Positions 40,800 to 49,941 of a stretch of 64,000 nt of DNA are shown piece by piece. The notes beneath the pieces were generated by a model. It saw only the letters and a list, made by a program, of their open reading frames with translations, did no database searches and was not told the DNA's origin. A program made the translations under genes and the position numbers. The stretch's first letter is position 1; each line of letters opens with the position of its first letter. Source of the DNA: an uncultured Oscillospiraceae bacterium (GTDB lineage: Bacteria > Bacillota > Clostridia > RUG12999); assembly GCA_964418245.1 (NCBI GenBank), contig CAYQKW010000004.1:22-64021 (forward strand), in the 5' to 3' direction.

Positions 40800-41749
40800 C
40801 AGCGTTCCTCTCTGAAATAGTTTATTCCGCATCCTTTTGGCTGAGAAAATTCTTTTGATTTTCTCATTGAGGTTGCAATAAGCACTATTGCCGTTATAAC
40901 AAACGGAAGCATATCGTAAATGGCAATCGGTAAAAAGCTTGTGGGAAGATAAAGTCTTAACACTTTAAGTCCGCCGAACAAAATCGAACCGAATATTGCC
41001 GCAATGGGATTCCAGTTTACGAATATTACAAGAGCAACCGCAATCCAGCCCTGACCGCTTACACAGCCGTTATCCCATATTCCGCCGCTGTTTACGAGAG
41101 AAATGTAAACTCCGCCGAGACCGCATATTCCGCCGCCGATTAGAATATGTATATATTTCATTAAATCAACGTTGATTCCGGCAGCATCGGCAGCCGCGGG
41201 ATTTTCGCCCACACTTTTAAGTTTCAGTCCCATATATGTTTTGTTGAGATACAAACCAACGGCAATTGCAATGATTATGCCCACATAAACCATTATGCTG
41301 TGCGAGAACAGCAGCTTTCCGATATACGGAATGTCGCCGAGGAGCGGCAGTGGTTTTTCACTTACAATAGCTTTTATTTTTTCGGGAAGCTGCGGTGCAA
41401 CTTTGTTGTTTGCGGTTATCATAAGCGTACCGAAAAATTTTGCAAATCCGCTTCCGAATATTGTGAGTGCAAGACCCGTAACGGTTTGATTTGCCTTAAG
41501 AGTTACGGTTAAAAACGCATAAATCAACGCACCGAGCGCACCTATGAGAAAAGCACCTATAAGTGCAAGAATAAGGCTTTCGGTTTTATAAGCAAGGAAA
41601 AATCCCATATATGCGCCCATAAATACCATGCCCTCAACACCAAGGTTTAAATTACCTGATTTTTCGGTTAAGCTTTCTCCCGTTGTTCCGAATAAAAGAG
41701 GAAGTCCCGCTTTTATTGCGGCAAAAAGAAAATTTATTACAGTATTCAT
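40799..41749 (-). CDS. ABC transporter permease (BMP/nucleoside uptake system, NupQ/YufQ-like)
   Basis: 316-aa polytopic BPD_transp_2 family protein. Confidence 0.75.
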   Translation of the reverse strand: MNTVINFLFAAIKAGLPLLFGTTGESLTEKSGNLNLGVEGMVFMGAYMGFFLAYKTESLILALIGAFLIGALGALIYAFLTVTLKANQTVTGLALTIFGSGFAKFFGTLMITANNKVAPQLPEKIKAIVSEKPLPLLGDIPYIGKLLFSHSIMVYVGIIIAIAVGLYLNKTYMGLKLKSVGENPAAADAAGINVDLMKYIHILIGGGICGLGGVYISLVNSGGIWDNGCVSGQGWIAVALVIFVNWNPIAAIFGSILFGGLKVLRLYLPTSFLPIAIYDMLPFVITAIVLIATSMRKSKEFSQPKGCGINYFREER

Positions 41750-42813
41750 TTTCCGCCTTCCTTTCTTACAGCTATTTTATAATCTCCGAAGAAATCAAAT
41801 GCAAGTATCACAAAAAGTATAATTCCCTCAAGCACGTTGGCAACCTCTGTTGAAAGTCCCATTGTGCTTTGCATAACATTGCTTCCTTTTTCGAGTATCG
41901 CAAGCAGCATAGATATTACAATACATACGAACGGATTAAGACGAGAAAGCCATGCCACGATAATCGCTGTGAATCCAACGCCGCCGGCAACGCTTTCGCC
42001 CAATGTGAAAGCAACTCCCGAAACCTGTATAACACCTGCAATTCCGCAGATTGCTCCGCTTAAAAACATTGTTCTGATTACGATTTTATTAACGTTCATG
42101 CCGGCATATCTTGCAGTGTTTTTGCTATCGCCGACAACGCTTATTTCATATCCGTTTTTTGTATAATTAAGATATATAAACACAACAACGCAAAGTACGA
42201 GAGCAATTATCCATCCTGCGTGTATTCCGCCGACTTCGGCAAGTCTGGCATTTGTAACAAAAGTGGCTATTTTCTGGAATCCCGTTGATTTTGGGTCTTT
42301 CCAGGGGCCTTGAGTTAAAAATACAATTATGTTTAATGCTATGTAGTTAAGCATAAGCGTGAAAAGTGTTTCGTTGGTATCGTATTTGCATTTGAAATAT
42401 GCCGGTATCGCACCGAGAACACCGCCGCCAACGGCACCTGCCGCAAACATTATGAGCATAAGCGGCAAATGGGGTAAATCCGCATGGAAAAGTGCAAAAT
42501 ACGAAGCGAAAATACCGCCCATTATAATTTGTCCCTCGGCACCGATGTTCCAGAATTTCATTTTGAATGCCAAACTCACTCCGAGTGCCGTTATCAAAAG
42601 CGGAATTGCGATTTTAATTGTTGCAACCGTCGCCATTTTGCTTCTGAAAGCTCCCGAAATAATAGCCGAATACACTTCAATCGGATTTTTGCCTATAAGC
42701 GCAATAAATATTCCGCCGAGCAAAATTGCGAAAACAAACGCAAACGCCGAAAGTGCCGCACGTTTTGTGCTTGAAATGCTCTTACGTTTTACAACATGAA
42801 GTTTTTTATTCAT
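41746..42813 (-). CDS. ABC transporter permease (NupP/YufP-like)
   Basis: 355-aa polytopic protein, 4-nt overlap with the next permease. Confidence 0.75.
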   Translation of the reverse strand: MNKKLHVVKRKSISSTKRAALSAFAFVFAILLGGIFIALIGKNPIEVYSAIISGAFRSKMATVATIKIAIPLLITALGVSLAFKMKFWNIGAEGQIIMGGIFASYFALFHADLPHLPLMLIMFAAGAVGGGVLGAIPAYFKCKYDTNETLFTLMLNYIALNIIVFLTQGPWKDPKSTGFQKIATFVTNARLAEVGGIHAGWIIALVLCVVVFIYLNYTKNGYEISVVGDSKNTARYAGMNVNKIVIRTMFLSGAICGIAGVIQVSGVAFTLGESVAGGVGFTAIIVAWLSRLNPFVCIVISMLLAILEKGSNVMQSTMGLSTEVANVLEGIILFVILAFDFFGDYKIAVRKEGGK

Positions 42814-44326
42814 CTTCGGGTTCCTCCTTTTTTTCGGCAGCTGTCATCATAAGCCCGATTTTTTCTTTTGTGGCTTCGCCGGCTTTCAAAATACCCGTTA
42901 CTTCGCCGTGACAAAGCACCATAATTCTGTCGCAAAGTTCAAGCATAACGTCCAAATCCTCGCCGATGAAAAGAACCGCCGTTCCTTTTTGTTTCTGCTC
43001 GTTAAGTAAATCATATATAAGATAAGAGGAGTTTATATCAAGTCCTCGAACGGGATATGCGGTTATAAGCACATTGGGACATGAACCGATTTCTCTGCCG
43101 AGAAGTACTTTTTGAACATTTCCGCCCGAAAGCGTTTTAACGGGAGTGTATATATCGGGAGTGGATATACTGAGTTCGGACACAAGCTCGTTTGCTGTTT
43201 TTTTAGCTTCTTTTTTGCTTAAAAACGGGCTTTTGCCGTTTGAATAATTCTTAAGCAGCATATTATCGAGTATGCCCATTGAGCCGGCAAGCCCCATTCC
43301 GAGCCTGTCCTCCGGAATGAAACTCATGCTTATTCCGAGATTTATTATTTCCTGCGGAGTTTTGCCGACAATATTTACTTTTTTATGAAGAATTGCACCC
43401 TCATCAACCGGGATAAGTCCGGCAATCGCTTCGCAAAGCTGTTTCTGACCGCTTCCGGCAACACCGGCAACCCCCAGAATTTCGCCGGCATGGAGATTGA
43501 AAGTGACGTCTTTCAAAGCCGTTACGCCATCGCTGTTTTTAACCGTGAGCCGATATATTTCCAAAAGTTTTCCGCTGTGGTTCCGTTTGGGGCGGTCGAT
43601 GGAAAACTCAAGACTTTTGCCCACCATAAGCTCGGCAAGTCCTTTAACATCTTTTTCGCTTGTTTTAACGGTTTCGATACATTCGCCCTTACGCAATACG
43701 GTTACCCTATCGCTGATTTCTTTAACTTCCGCAAGCTTGTGAGTGATTATTATTATCGCACAGCCGTCGTTTTTCATATTTCTTAAAATATCGAAAAGTT
43801 TTGTTGTTTCCTGAGGAGTAAGAACTGCGGTAGGCTCGTCCAAAATAAGGATTTTTGCACCTCTGTACAGAACTTTTAAAATCTCCACGGTTTGCTTTTC
43901 CGATACGGACATATCATATATTTTTTTATTGGGGTCAATATCGAGTTTATATTTTTCACTTAAACGTTTAACCTCGTCTATTCTGCCCTTTTTCAAGAAA
44001 AAACTTTGTTTTGAACCGAGTATGATATTATCTGCCGCCGTGTAGTTTTCAACAAGCTTGAAATGCTGATGTATCATGCCTATTCCGAGTTTTAACGCAT
44101 CTTCCGGACTGTTTATTGCAACGTTTTCGCCGTTTACGGAAATCTCACCGCCGTCCGGTTTATAAATACCGGCAAGAATATTCATGAGCGTTGTTTTTCC
44201 GGAACCGTTTTCGCCCAGCAACGCCAGAATTTCACCGCCGTGTACATCCAAATTGATATTTTTGTTTGCAACGGTTTGTCCGAATGTTTTTGTAATGTTT
44301 TTCAGTTGTATCGAAACATTATCCAT
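42806..44326 (-). CDS. ABC transporter ATP-binding protein with duplicated ATPase domains (NupO/YufO-like)
   Basis: 506 aa, two Walker A motifs (GENGSGKTT; GVAGSGQKQ) plus signature motifs. Confidence 0.8.
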   Translation of the reverse strand: MDNVSIQLKNITKTFGQTVANKNINLDVHGGEILALLGENGSGKTTLMNILAGIYKPDGGEISVNGENVAINSPEDALKLGIGMIHQHFKLVENYTAADNIILGSKQSFFLKKGRIDEVKRLSEKYKLDIDPNKKIYDMSVSEKQTVEILKVLYRGAKILILDEPTAVLTPQETTKLFDILRNMKNDGCAIIIITHKLAEVKEISDRVTVLRKGECIETVKTSEKDVKGLAELMVGKSLEFSIDRPKRNHSGKLLEIYRLTVKNSDGVTALKDVTFNLHAGEILGVAGVAGSGQKQLCEAIAGLIPVDEGAILHKKVNIVGKTPQEIINLGISMSFIPEDRLGMGLAGSMGILDNMLLKNYSNGKSPFLSKKEAKKTANELVSELSISTPDIYTPVKTLSGGNVQKVLLGREIGSCPNVLITAYPVRGLDINSSYLIYDLLNEQKQKGTAVLFIGEDLDVMLELCDRIMVLCHGEVTGILKAGEATKEKIGLMMTAAEKKEEPEDE

Positions 44327-44357
44327 TATTTTGCCTCCTGTCTTTGAGATTTATAAA

Positions 44358-45260
44358 TTACTGTATATTCATACTTAATTGGGTATTTAAATGCAACAGT
44401 TGATTTGTATTGCCGTTTGGAACGTAATTTGTCAACAAAGCTTCTGTCATTGGATTGCGATTTTGCATTTTTGCTCCGATATGATAATAATGCTCTTTTG
44501 TCAATTGATTACAAAACCCCCATATCATATCAATATATTCGTTTTTTCTAAAAGAATTATGTTCCCATGTGGAAAGCATAAATTTTGAGTTTTTTTCTTT
44601 TAAAACAGCACATAATTGCAGTTCTGACGGCTCGTCCCAACTATCGTAATAATCCACATGACGTCCTATATATGGAGGATCACAATAAATAAAACTTTTT
44701 TCATCGGAATCTGATATTGTCTTTTCAAACGATTGACAGAGAAACGTCCAATCATTGTTTTGTAACTTATTTTCAATATATTTAACTTGATTGACAATTT
44801 TGGTTATATATGCTTTTGCAAATCGCTGCGGCTTATGACCGTAAGGAACGTTAAATTTATAGTCTTTATTAAATCTTATCATTCCGTTAAAACAGGAACG
44901 ATTCAGAAAAAGAAAATCAAGGGGATTGTGTGTATTATTAAATCGCTCTCTTACTTCATAGTAATATTCATCATCTTTTTCAGATAATAATGCACCTTCT
45001 TGCTCAAGAAATTCCCGAACAATAAAACTGTTTATTTTTTTATTTTTAATTTGATTGTAAAAATTAATAATATGTATATTGGTATCTGCAAACACAGCAG
45101 TACAAGGAGCTACATTAAAGCCCACAACTCCGGAACCCATAAACGGCTCAACCCAAATAGTATCTCGTTCTAAAATTACGTTTGATTTAATCAAATTAAC
45201 CAACTTGGTTTTTATACCTTGTATTTTTATCGGTGGAATATATACTTTTTCTGTATCCAT
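44358..45260 (-). CDS. Dam-family (alpha class, D12) N6-adenine DNA methyltransferase
   Basis: FMGSG (SAM motif I) and DPPY (motif IV). AT-rich codon usage relative to its neighbours. Confidence 0.8.
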   Translation of the reverse strand: MDTEKVYIPPIKIQGIKTKLVNLIKSNVILERDTIWVEPFMGSGVVGFNVAPCTAVFADTNIHIINFYNQIKNKKINSFIVREFLEQEGALLSEKDDEYYYEVRERFNNTHNPLDFLFLNRSCFNGMIRFNKDYKFNVPYGHKPQRFAKAYITKIVNQVKYIENKLQNNDWTFLCQSFEKTISDSDEKSFIYCDPPYIGRHVDYYDSWDEPSELQLCAVLKEKNSKFMLSTWEHNSFRKNEYIDMIWGFCNQLTKEHYYHIGAKMQNRNPMTEALLTNYVPNGNTNQLLHLNTQLSMNIQ

Positions 45261-45261
45261 A

Positions 45262-46110
45262 TTAGCCTTTTCTTTTTACTCCTTTCGGATTATTTAAACT
45301 TTCCGGTAATCCACGGAATTTGAGGTACTCGCTAAATGAAGAAAGTTTTTTTATTTTCCCGTTTGAATCGGGAATTTCCATTTTGCCGAAGTTCATCCAA
45401 TAATTATCAAACAACTCTTCTCCGGCTTTTGCAAAAACACCGTTGCCGTTTATTATATCGGTAATTCTTTGTATACTGCCAATATTGGCTGTATTTCCGC
45501 TTCCGCTTTTATCACTGGCAATTTTCCATTTTTCTTCTGCAAAAAAAGTGAAATTGTGTATGACAGATGGAATTGTATCAATAGTGTCTACGGTGTAGAT
45601 TTTGGTTTCTTCCGATTTATCAATGGCTGTTCTGCTGTAAATTATTCCTATACAAAAATGTCCGCTGTAGCTGTTGTACGGATATTGAATGTTTTTTGTA
45701 CTTATCCTGTTAATGAAATATTCGCCGTGAGCCCCAAGTGTAAAACCGTTACAAAAATCAGGATACTGTTCCAAACGATATGTGGTTTTTAAATCAACAG
45801 CAAATTTAATATTTCTGTTTAACTTTGAAACAAACGTCAAATCCGGATACCAATTTTGACAAGCTGCCAATTCTATCTCATATCCTATACTTTTTGCAAA
45901 AGCTAAAAAATGAGGGAACAGATGCAACTCCAAAACTTTTGAAATAATCTTTGTATCTGTAGAAATTGTATAAATATTTTTGAATATATCTATAAATCCG
46001 CGAATCGTCCATTCATCATCTTTGGAAATTTTGTTTGCCAACATATTGGCGAATTTTTTTAATTCTACGGTGAAAAACTGCTTCTCTGATGTATATGGCA
46101 ATATTATCAC
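45262..46110 (-). CDS. putative Type II restriction endonuclease (DpnII/MboI-like candidate)
   Basis: 282-aa ORF 2 nt upstream of the Dam-like MTase, same strand, AT-rich, no other family match. Sizes mirror the DpnII R/M pair. A TTG start at 46101 is likely. Confidence 0.45.
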   Translation of the reverse strand: MIILPYTSEKQFFTVELKKFANMLANKISKDDEWTIRGFIDIFKNIYTISTDTKIISKVLELHLFPHFLAFAKSIGYEIELAACQNWYPDLTFVSKLNRNIKFAVDLKTTYRLEQYPDFCNGFTLGAHGEYFINRISTKNIQYPYNSYSGHFCIGIIYSRTAIDKSEETKIYTVDTIDTIPSVIHNFTFFAEEKWKIASDKSGSGNTANIGSIQRITDIINGNGVFAKAGEELFDNYWMNFGKMEIPDSNGKIKKLSSFSEYLKFRGLPESLNNPKGVKRKG

Positions 46111-46144
46111 TCCCTTATAATATAAACTCCAACACCATAAATTT

Positions 46145-46174
46145 ATTATAGCATATATTTTGCGATTTGTAAAT
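46145..46174 (-). promoter_or_regulatory. promoter of the R-M cassette
   Basis: On minus: TTTACA - 17 nt - TGcTATAAT (extended -10), about 30 nt upstream of the REase start. Confidence 0.5.
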
Positions 46175-46214
46175 AAAAAATATATGTTATAATAAGTTCA
46201 TGAATTAAAACTAA

Positions 46215-46241
46215 GCGGACGCCGCACATTCCGGCGTCCGC
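46215..46241 (-). terminator. intrinsic terminator after the BMP lipoprotein gene
   Basis: GC-rich hairpin gcggacgccg-cacattc-cggcgtccgc (10 bp), followed on minus by uuaguuuuaauu. Lies 9 nt downstream of the stop. Confidence 0.65.
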
Positions 46242-46249
46242 AATTATAA

Positions 46250-47428
46250 TTATTTTACTTCAACATTGTTGAAATACCAGTTGATTTTTCCTGTTATTGT
46301 TGCATCGTCAAGAACTTCGTCCGCTTTGCAAACAACATTACCTGCATTGTCTGTTATATCAGCCGATGTAAGAACAGGCTCGTCACCGTTGAATGTCATG
46401 AGTTTACCTTCAAATACTTTGAAAGAACCGTCTTTAATCATAGCACGTGCGGCATCGATTTTTTCTTTTGTGCTTTCAGCACAGTTTTCCGAAAGTTCGG
46501 AAACGTCAACAAGTCCGTCATCCATTCCGCCGAAGTAGTTTTCGTTTGTCCATTTGCCTTCCATTGCTTCTTTTGTAGCTTTTGTATAATATACACCCCA
46601 GTTCCAGATAGGTGCAGTGAGGTGAGCTTTCGGAGCATCTTTTGTCATATCGGAGTTATATCCGCAGCCCCATACGCCCCTTGCCTGTGCTGCAAGCTGT
46701 GGCTGAGCTGTGTCGCAGTGCTGTGCGATAACGTCGCAATCCATATCGAGAAGAGCTTCTGCCATCTGTTTTTCAAGTTCAACGCTGAACCATGTGTTTG
46801 TTACTTTAACGTAAACTTTTGCATCGGGATTAACCGAAGCAACACCCATTGCAAAAGCATCTATTCCGCCTGTTACCTCTGCATTATCGTTACCCATTGC
46901 GGCAACATAACCGATTTTACCGGTCTGTGTTTTAAGACCTGCGGCTATACCCGAAAGGAAACGAGCCTGATATATACGTCCGAAATAGTTGTTGAAGTTT
47001 TTATCGTTTGATTTGTAACCTGTGCCGTGTGAGAATATTACATCGGGATAAGTTTCCGCAAGTTCTTCAACAGTATCCATATAGTTAAAGCTTGTTGCGA
47101 AAATTATTTTACAACCCTCTTCAATACATTCTTCAATTGCCGTTCTTGTTGCCTGTGCATCCGTATCGGGAATGTTGTTTTTACGAACAATTTGGTCATC
47201 GTTCAATTTTAATTCTTTCTGCATTTCCTGAATACCCACATCGTGAGTGTAGCTGTAGCCGGAACCGTCCGCGGGGTCGCCTATGTGGATAACACCTACT
47301 TTGAAGTCCGAGGCGTTTGATACATTGTCCGAAGTTTTTCCGTCATCTTTTTTACCGCATCCGGCAAAAGTGAATGCGCACATTGCCAAAGTCAAGACAA
47401 GTGCAGTGATTTTTGAAATTTTTCTCAT
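46250..47428 (-). CDS. BMP-family ABC substrate-binding lipoprotein (nucleoside-binding, PnrA-like)
   Basis: Lipobox LAMCAFTFAGC, periplasmic-binding-protein type I fold. Confidence 0.8.
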   Translation of the reverse strand: MRKISKITALVLTLAMCAFTFAGCGKKDDGKTSDNVSNASDFKVGVIHIGDPADGSGYSYTHDVGIQEMQKELKLNDDQIVRKNNIPDTDAQATRTAIEECIEEGCKIIFATSFNYMDTVEELAETYPDVIFSHGTGYKSNDKNFNNYFGRIYQARFLSGIAAGLKTQTGKIGYVAAMGNDNAEVTGGIDAFAMGVASVNPDAKVYVKVTNTWFSVELEKQMAEALLDMDCDVIAQHCDTAQPQLAAQARGVWGCGYNSDMTKDAPKAHLTAPIWNWGVYYTKATKEAMEGKWTNENYFGGMDDGLVDVSELSENCAESTKEKIDAARAMIKDGSFKVFEGKLMTFNGDEPVLTSADITDNAGNVVCKADEVLDDATITGKINWYFNNVEVK

Positions 47429-47473
47429 GTGAAAAATCCTCCTTGTTAAAATTTTATTTTAAAGCATTCCGCT

Positions 47474-48049
47474 TTACAGACTTCTGAATACGGCTTGACC
47501 GTTTTCGATGGAATCAATTACCGCAAGAGATTTCAGGTTAATGCCCATATCTCGTATGGTTTGACCGCCGGGCTGAAACCCTTTTTCAATTGCAATTCCA
47601 ATGCCGGCAATCTCTGCCTTTGCTTGATTTGCAATATCCATAAGCCCCATAAGAGCCTTGCCGTTTGCAAGAAAATCGTCAATAATCAATATTTTGTCGT
47701 TTTCGGTTAAATATTCTTTTGCAACACGAATTTTATATGTTTTGTTTTTTGTAAATGAATAGACCTCACTGCAGTAGGTATCGGAACTCAAATTTTTTGC
47801 TTCCGATTTTTTTGCAAAAACAACGGGAACGCCAAATTCCCTTGCCGCCATACAGGCGATTGCAATGCCCGAAACCTCTACGGTGAGGATTTTTGTTATG
47901 TTTATATCGTTAAAAAGTCTTTTAAATTCTTTGCCCATTTCTTCAAGAAGGCGAATGTCTATCATATGATTTAAAAACATATCTACCTTTACTATATCGG
48001 TACCTATAAAAACCCCGTTTTCACGTATCTTTTGTTTTAATAATTCCAT
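47474..48049 (-). CDS. xpt: xanthine phosphoribosyltransferase
   Basis: MELLKQKIRENGV... start, PRPP-binding KILIIDDFLANG. SD AAGAGGTG. Confidence 0.85.
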   Translation of the reverse strand: MELLKQKIRENGVFIGTDIVKVDMFLNHMIDIRLLEEMGKEFKRLFNDINITKILTVEVSGIAIACMAAREFGVPVVFAKKSEAKNLSSDTYCSEVYSFTKNKTYKIRVAKEYLTENDKILIIDDFLANGKALMGLMDIANQAKAEIAGIGIAIEKGFQPGGQTIRDMGINLKSLAVIDSIENGQAVFRSL

Positions 48050-48196
48050 GTCGCACCTCTTTTGAATCAATCATATATAAATATTCTATCAAATAATCGA
48101 AAAAAATACAATACTTTTTATGACATATTCGGATTTTTTGTCAAATTAGTGCAAAATTTTTAATATTTTTATCTAAACATTATGCAATTTCATTAA

Positions 48197-48230
48197 TTCG
48201 ACGCCATACGGCAAGACGTATGGCGTCGAA
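48197..48230 (-). terminator. long perfect hairpin downstream of the RraA-like gene
   Basis: ttcgacgccatacg-gcaaga-cgtatggcgtcgaa, 14-bp perfect stem. Confidence 0.45.
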
Positions 48231-48245
48231 TTGTCAAGCGTGTAT

Positions 48246-49154
48246 TTACAGTGCCGATTGCGTATCGTTCGGGTCGCCGTTTATTGCAAGGTCATACTCA
48301 TGTGTCCAGTCAAGTCCTCTGTATTCCGCTGCACGGTCGTCGTTTTCTATAAATTCCATAAGCAAATCGAGCATATCTTTAGACCACGTGTTTTTATCTA
48401 TCTGCGCCGTTGTGAATTTGTTAAGTGTTATCATTTCAAAACCGAAAAGGTCCTTAACCTGTGTTTTTGCCGCTCCGCCAACAACTTCTTCAACAAGATG
48501 GCTCGGAATGAACAGCACACCGCCGCCGGCACCGAAAACAACGTCGCCCGGCAAACATACGGCATTGCCTATTCTCGTTGCCGTGTTATATCCCGTCATT
48601 ATGAAATCACGAATCGGAGTCGGGTCTATTCCTCTGTAATATACCTGTGTGTTTTCCACTTTTTTCATCTGCTCGGTGTCACGTATTCCGCCCCATATAA
48701 CAGCACCGCCGTTTTCGTTTTTCGTTTTGTTTTTAAGTGCCGTTGTTAAGTTTCCGCCCAGGAATGTTCCTTTATATATCTTATCATACATATCTATTAC
48801 GGGAACGTCGCCCTCAACAAGATTGTCTATAACCCATTGATTATATGTACCCGTTCTGTTTTCGCTTCTGCCGATGTCTTTCACAACCTCGTCCAAATCG
48901 GGACGATACGGGCAATACGTTGCCGTTACGGCTCTGCCGATTAATTTTCTGCCGTCATCATGCAACGTGTGAAAACGTCCCTCGAACTGACTTTCGTATC
49001 CTTTAACGAAAATCGGTTTCCAAACCTCCTCCAGCGTAAGCGTTTTCAATGCTTTTAAATATTTATCATCAACTTTCGGTCTGCCGTCGGCAAATCTTTC
49101 GCCTTTCCATTGCGGAGTAAGCGCAATTATTTCTTCTCTGTCATTAAAATGCAT
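48246..49154 (-). CDS. RraA-family protein (RraA-like / 4-hydroxy-4-methyl-2-oxoglutarate aldolase family)
   Basis: 302 aa. RraA/DlpA-type fold motifs (VVFGAGGGVLFIPSHL). Confidence 0.55.
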   Translation of the reverse strand: MHFNDREEIIALTPQWKGERFADGRPKVDDKYLKALKTLTLEEVWKPIFVKGYESQFEGRFHTLHDDGRKLIGRAVTATYCPYRPDLDEVVKDIGRSENRTGTYNQWVIDNLVEGDVPVIDMYDKIYKGTFLGGNLTTALKNKTKNENGGAVIWGGIRDTEQMKKVENTQVYYRGIDPTPIRDFIMTGYNTATRIGNAVCLPGDVVFGAGGGVLFIPSHLVEEVVGGAAKTQVKDLFGFEMITLNKFTTAQIDKNTWSKDMLDLLMEFIENDDRAAEYRGLDWTHEYDLAINGDPNDTQSAL

Positions 49155-49193
49155 AGTAAATCTCTCCGTTCCAAATTATAATTTTTAATCCGT

Positions 49194-49922
49194 TTATAAT
49201 CTCATTCCGCCGTCAATAATAATTTCCGCACCTGTGATATATCTGCCCTCGTCCGAGCAAAGCAACAGTGCCGACGGGGCAATATCCTCAGGCTCGCCGA
49301 CATATCCGGCAGGAATGCTGCTGATTATTTTTTTATTAAATTCCGCATCGCTAAGTGCCTGCGTGTTTCTCGGTGTATTTATCGCTCCGGGTGCAATGTT
49401 GTTCACGGTTACTCCGAACGGTGCAACATACGGTGCAATGTTTTCAACAAGCTTCTTTTGAGCCGCTTTTGTCACTCCGTAAACCGACAGCTCCGGATGA
49501 TTGTTATATTGATTAACACTGCCGATTGTAACTATTCTTCCCCACTTTTTTTCACACATATGCGGTACGTATTTTTTTATAAGATAATATGTTGATTTCA
49601 AATTGCAATCGATTTGCACATCAAATTCTTCATCGGTATACTCGTCCCATTTTCTTTTATATTGAATGGATGCATTCAAAATGAGTATATCTACGTCCCC
49701 TGTTGTTTTGTAAAGCGTATCTATTTCGTCCCTTTTTGTCAAATCAGCACGTATCGGAACGGAATTTTCAATTTTTTCGCTCGCCTTTTTACATTTTTCC
49801 TCACTCGTTGCACCGTTTACAAAAACTTTTGCACCATGCTCGGCAAGCGTTTTTGCAATCGCAAATCCAATACCTTGCGTCGCACCGGTGACAAGTGCGG
49901 TTTTTCCCGTTAAATCAAACAT
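49194..49922 (-). CDS. SDR-family oxidoreductase
   Basis: TGKTALVTGATQGIG Rossmann motif. Start MFDLTGK. Possibly a mannonate/fructuronate reductase, by context. Confidence 0.75.
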   Translation of the reverse strand: MFDLTGKTALVTGATQGIGFAIAKTLAEHGAKVFVNGATSEEKCKKASEKIENSVPIRADLTKRDEIDTLYKTTGDVDILILNASIQYKRKWDEYTDEEFDVQIDCNLKSTYYLIKKYVPHMCEKKWGRIVTIGSVNQYNNHPELSVYGVTKAAQKKLVENIAPYVAPFGVTVNNIAPGAINTPRNTQALSDAEFNKKIISSIPAGYVGEPEDIAPSALLLCSDEGRYITGAEIIIDGGMRL

Positions 49923-49941
49923 TGAAATAACCTCCTCTGTA

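Noticed and set aside
48050-48196. Possible guanine/purine riboswitch in the xpt leader.
   Set aside because: The leader between the inferred promoter (TGaTAGAAT) and the SD is only about 40 nt and lacks the conserved purine-riboswitch junction sequences.
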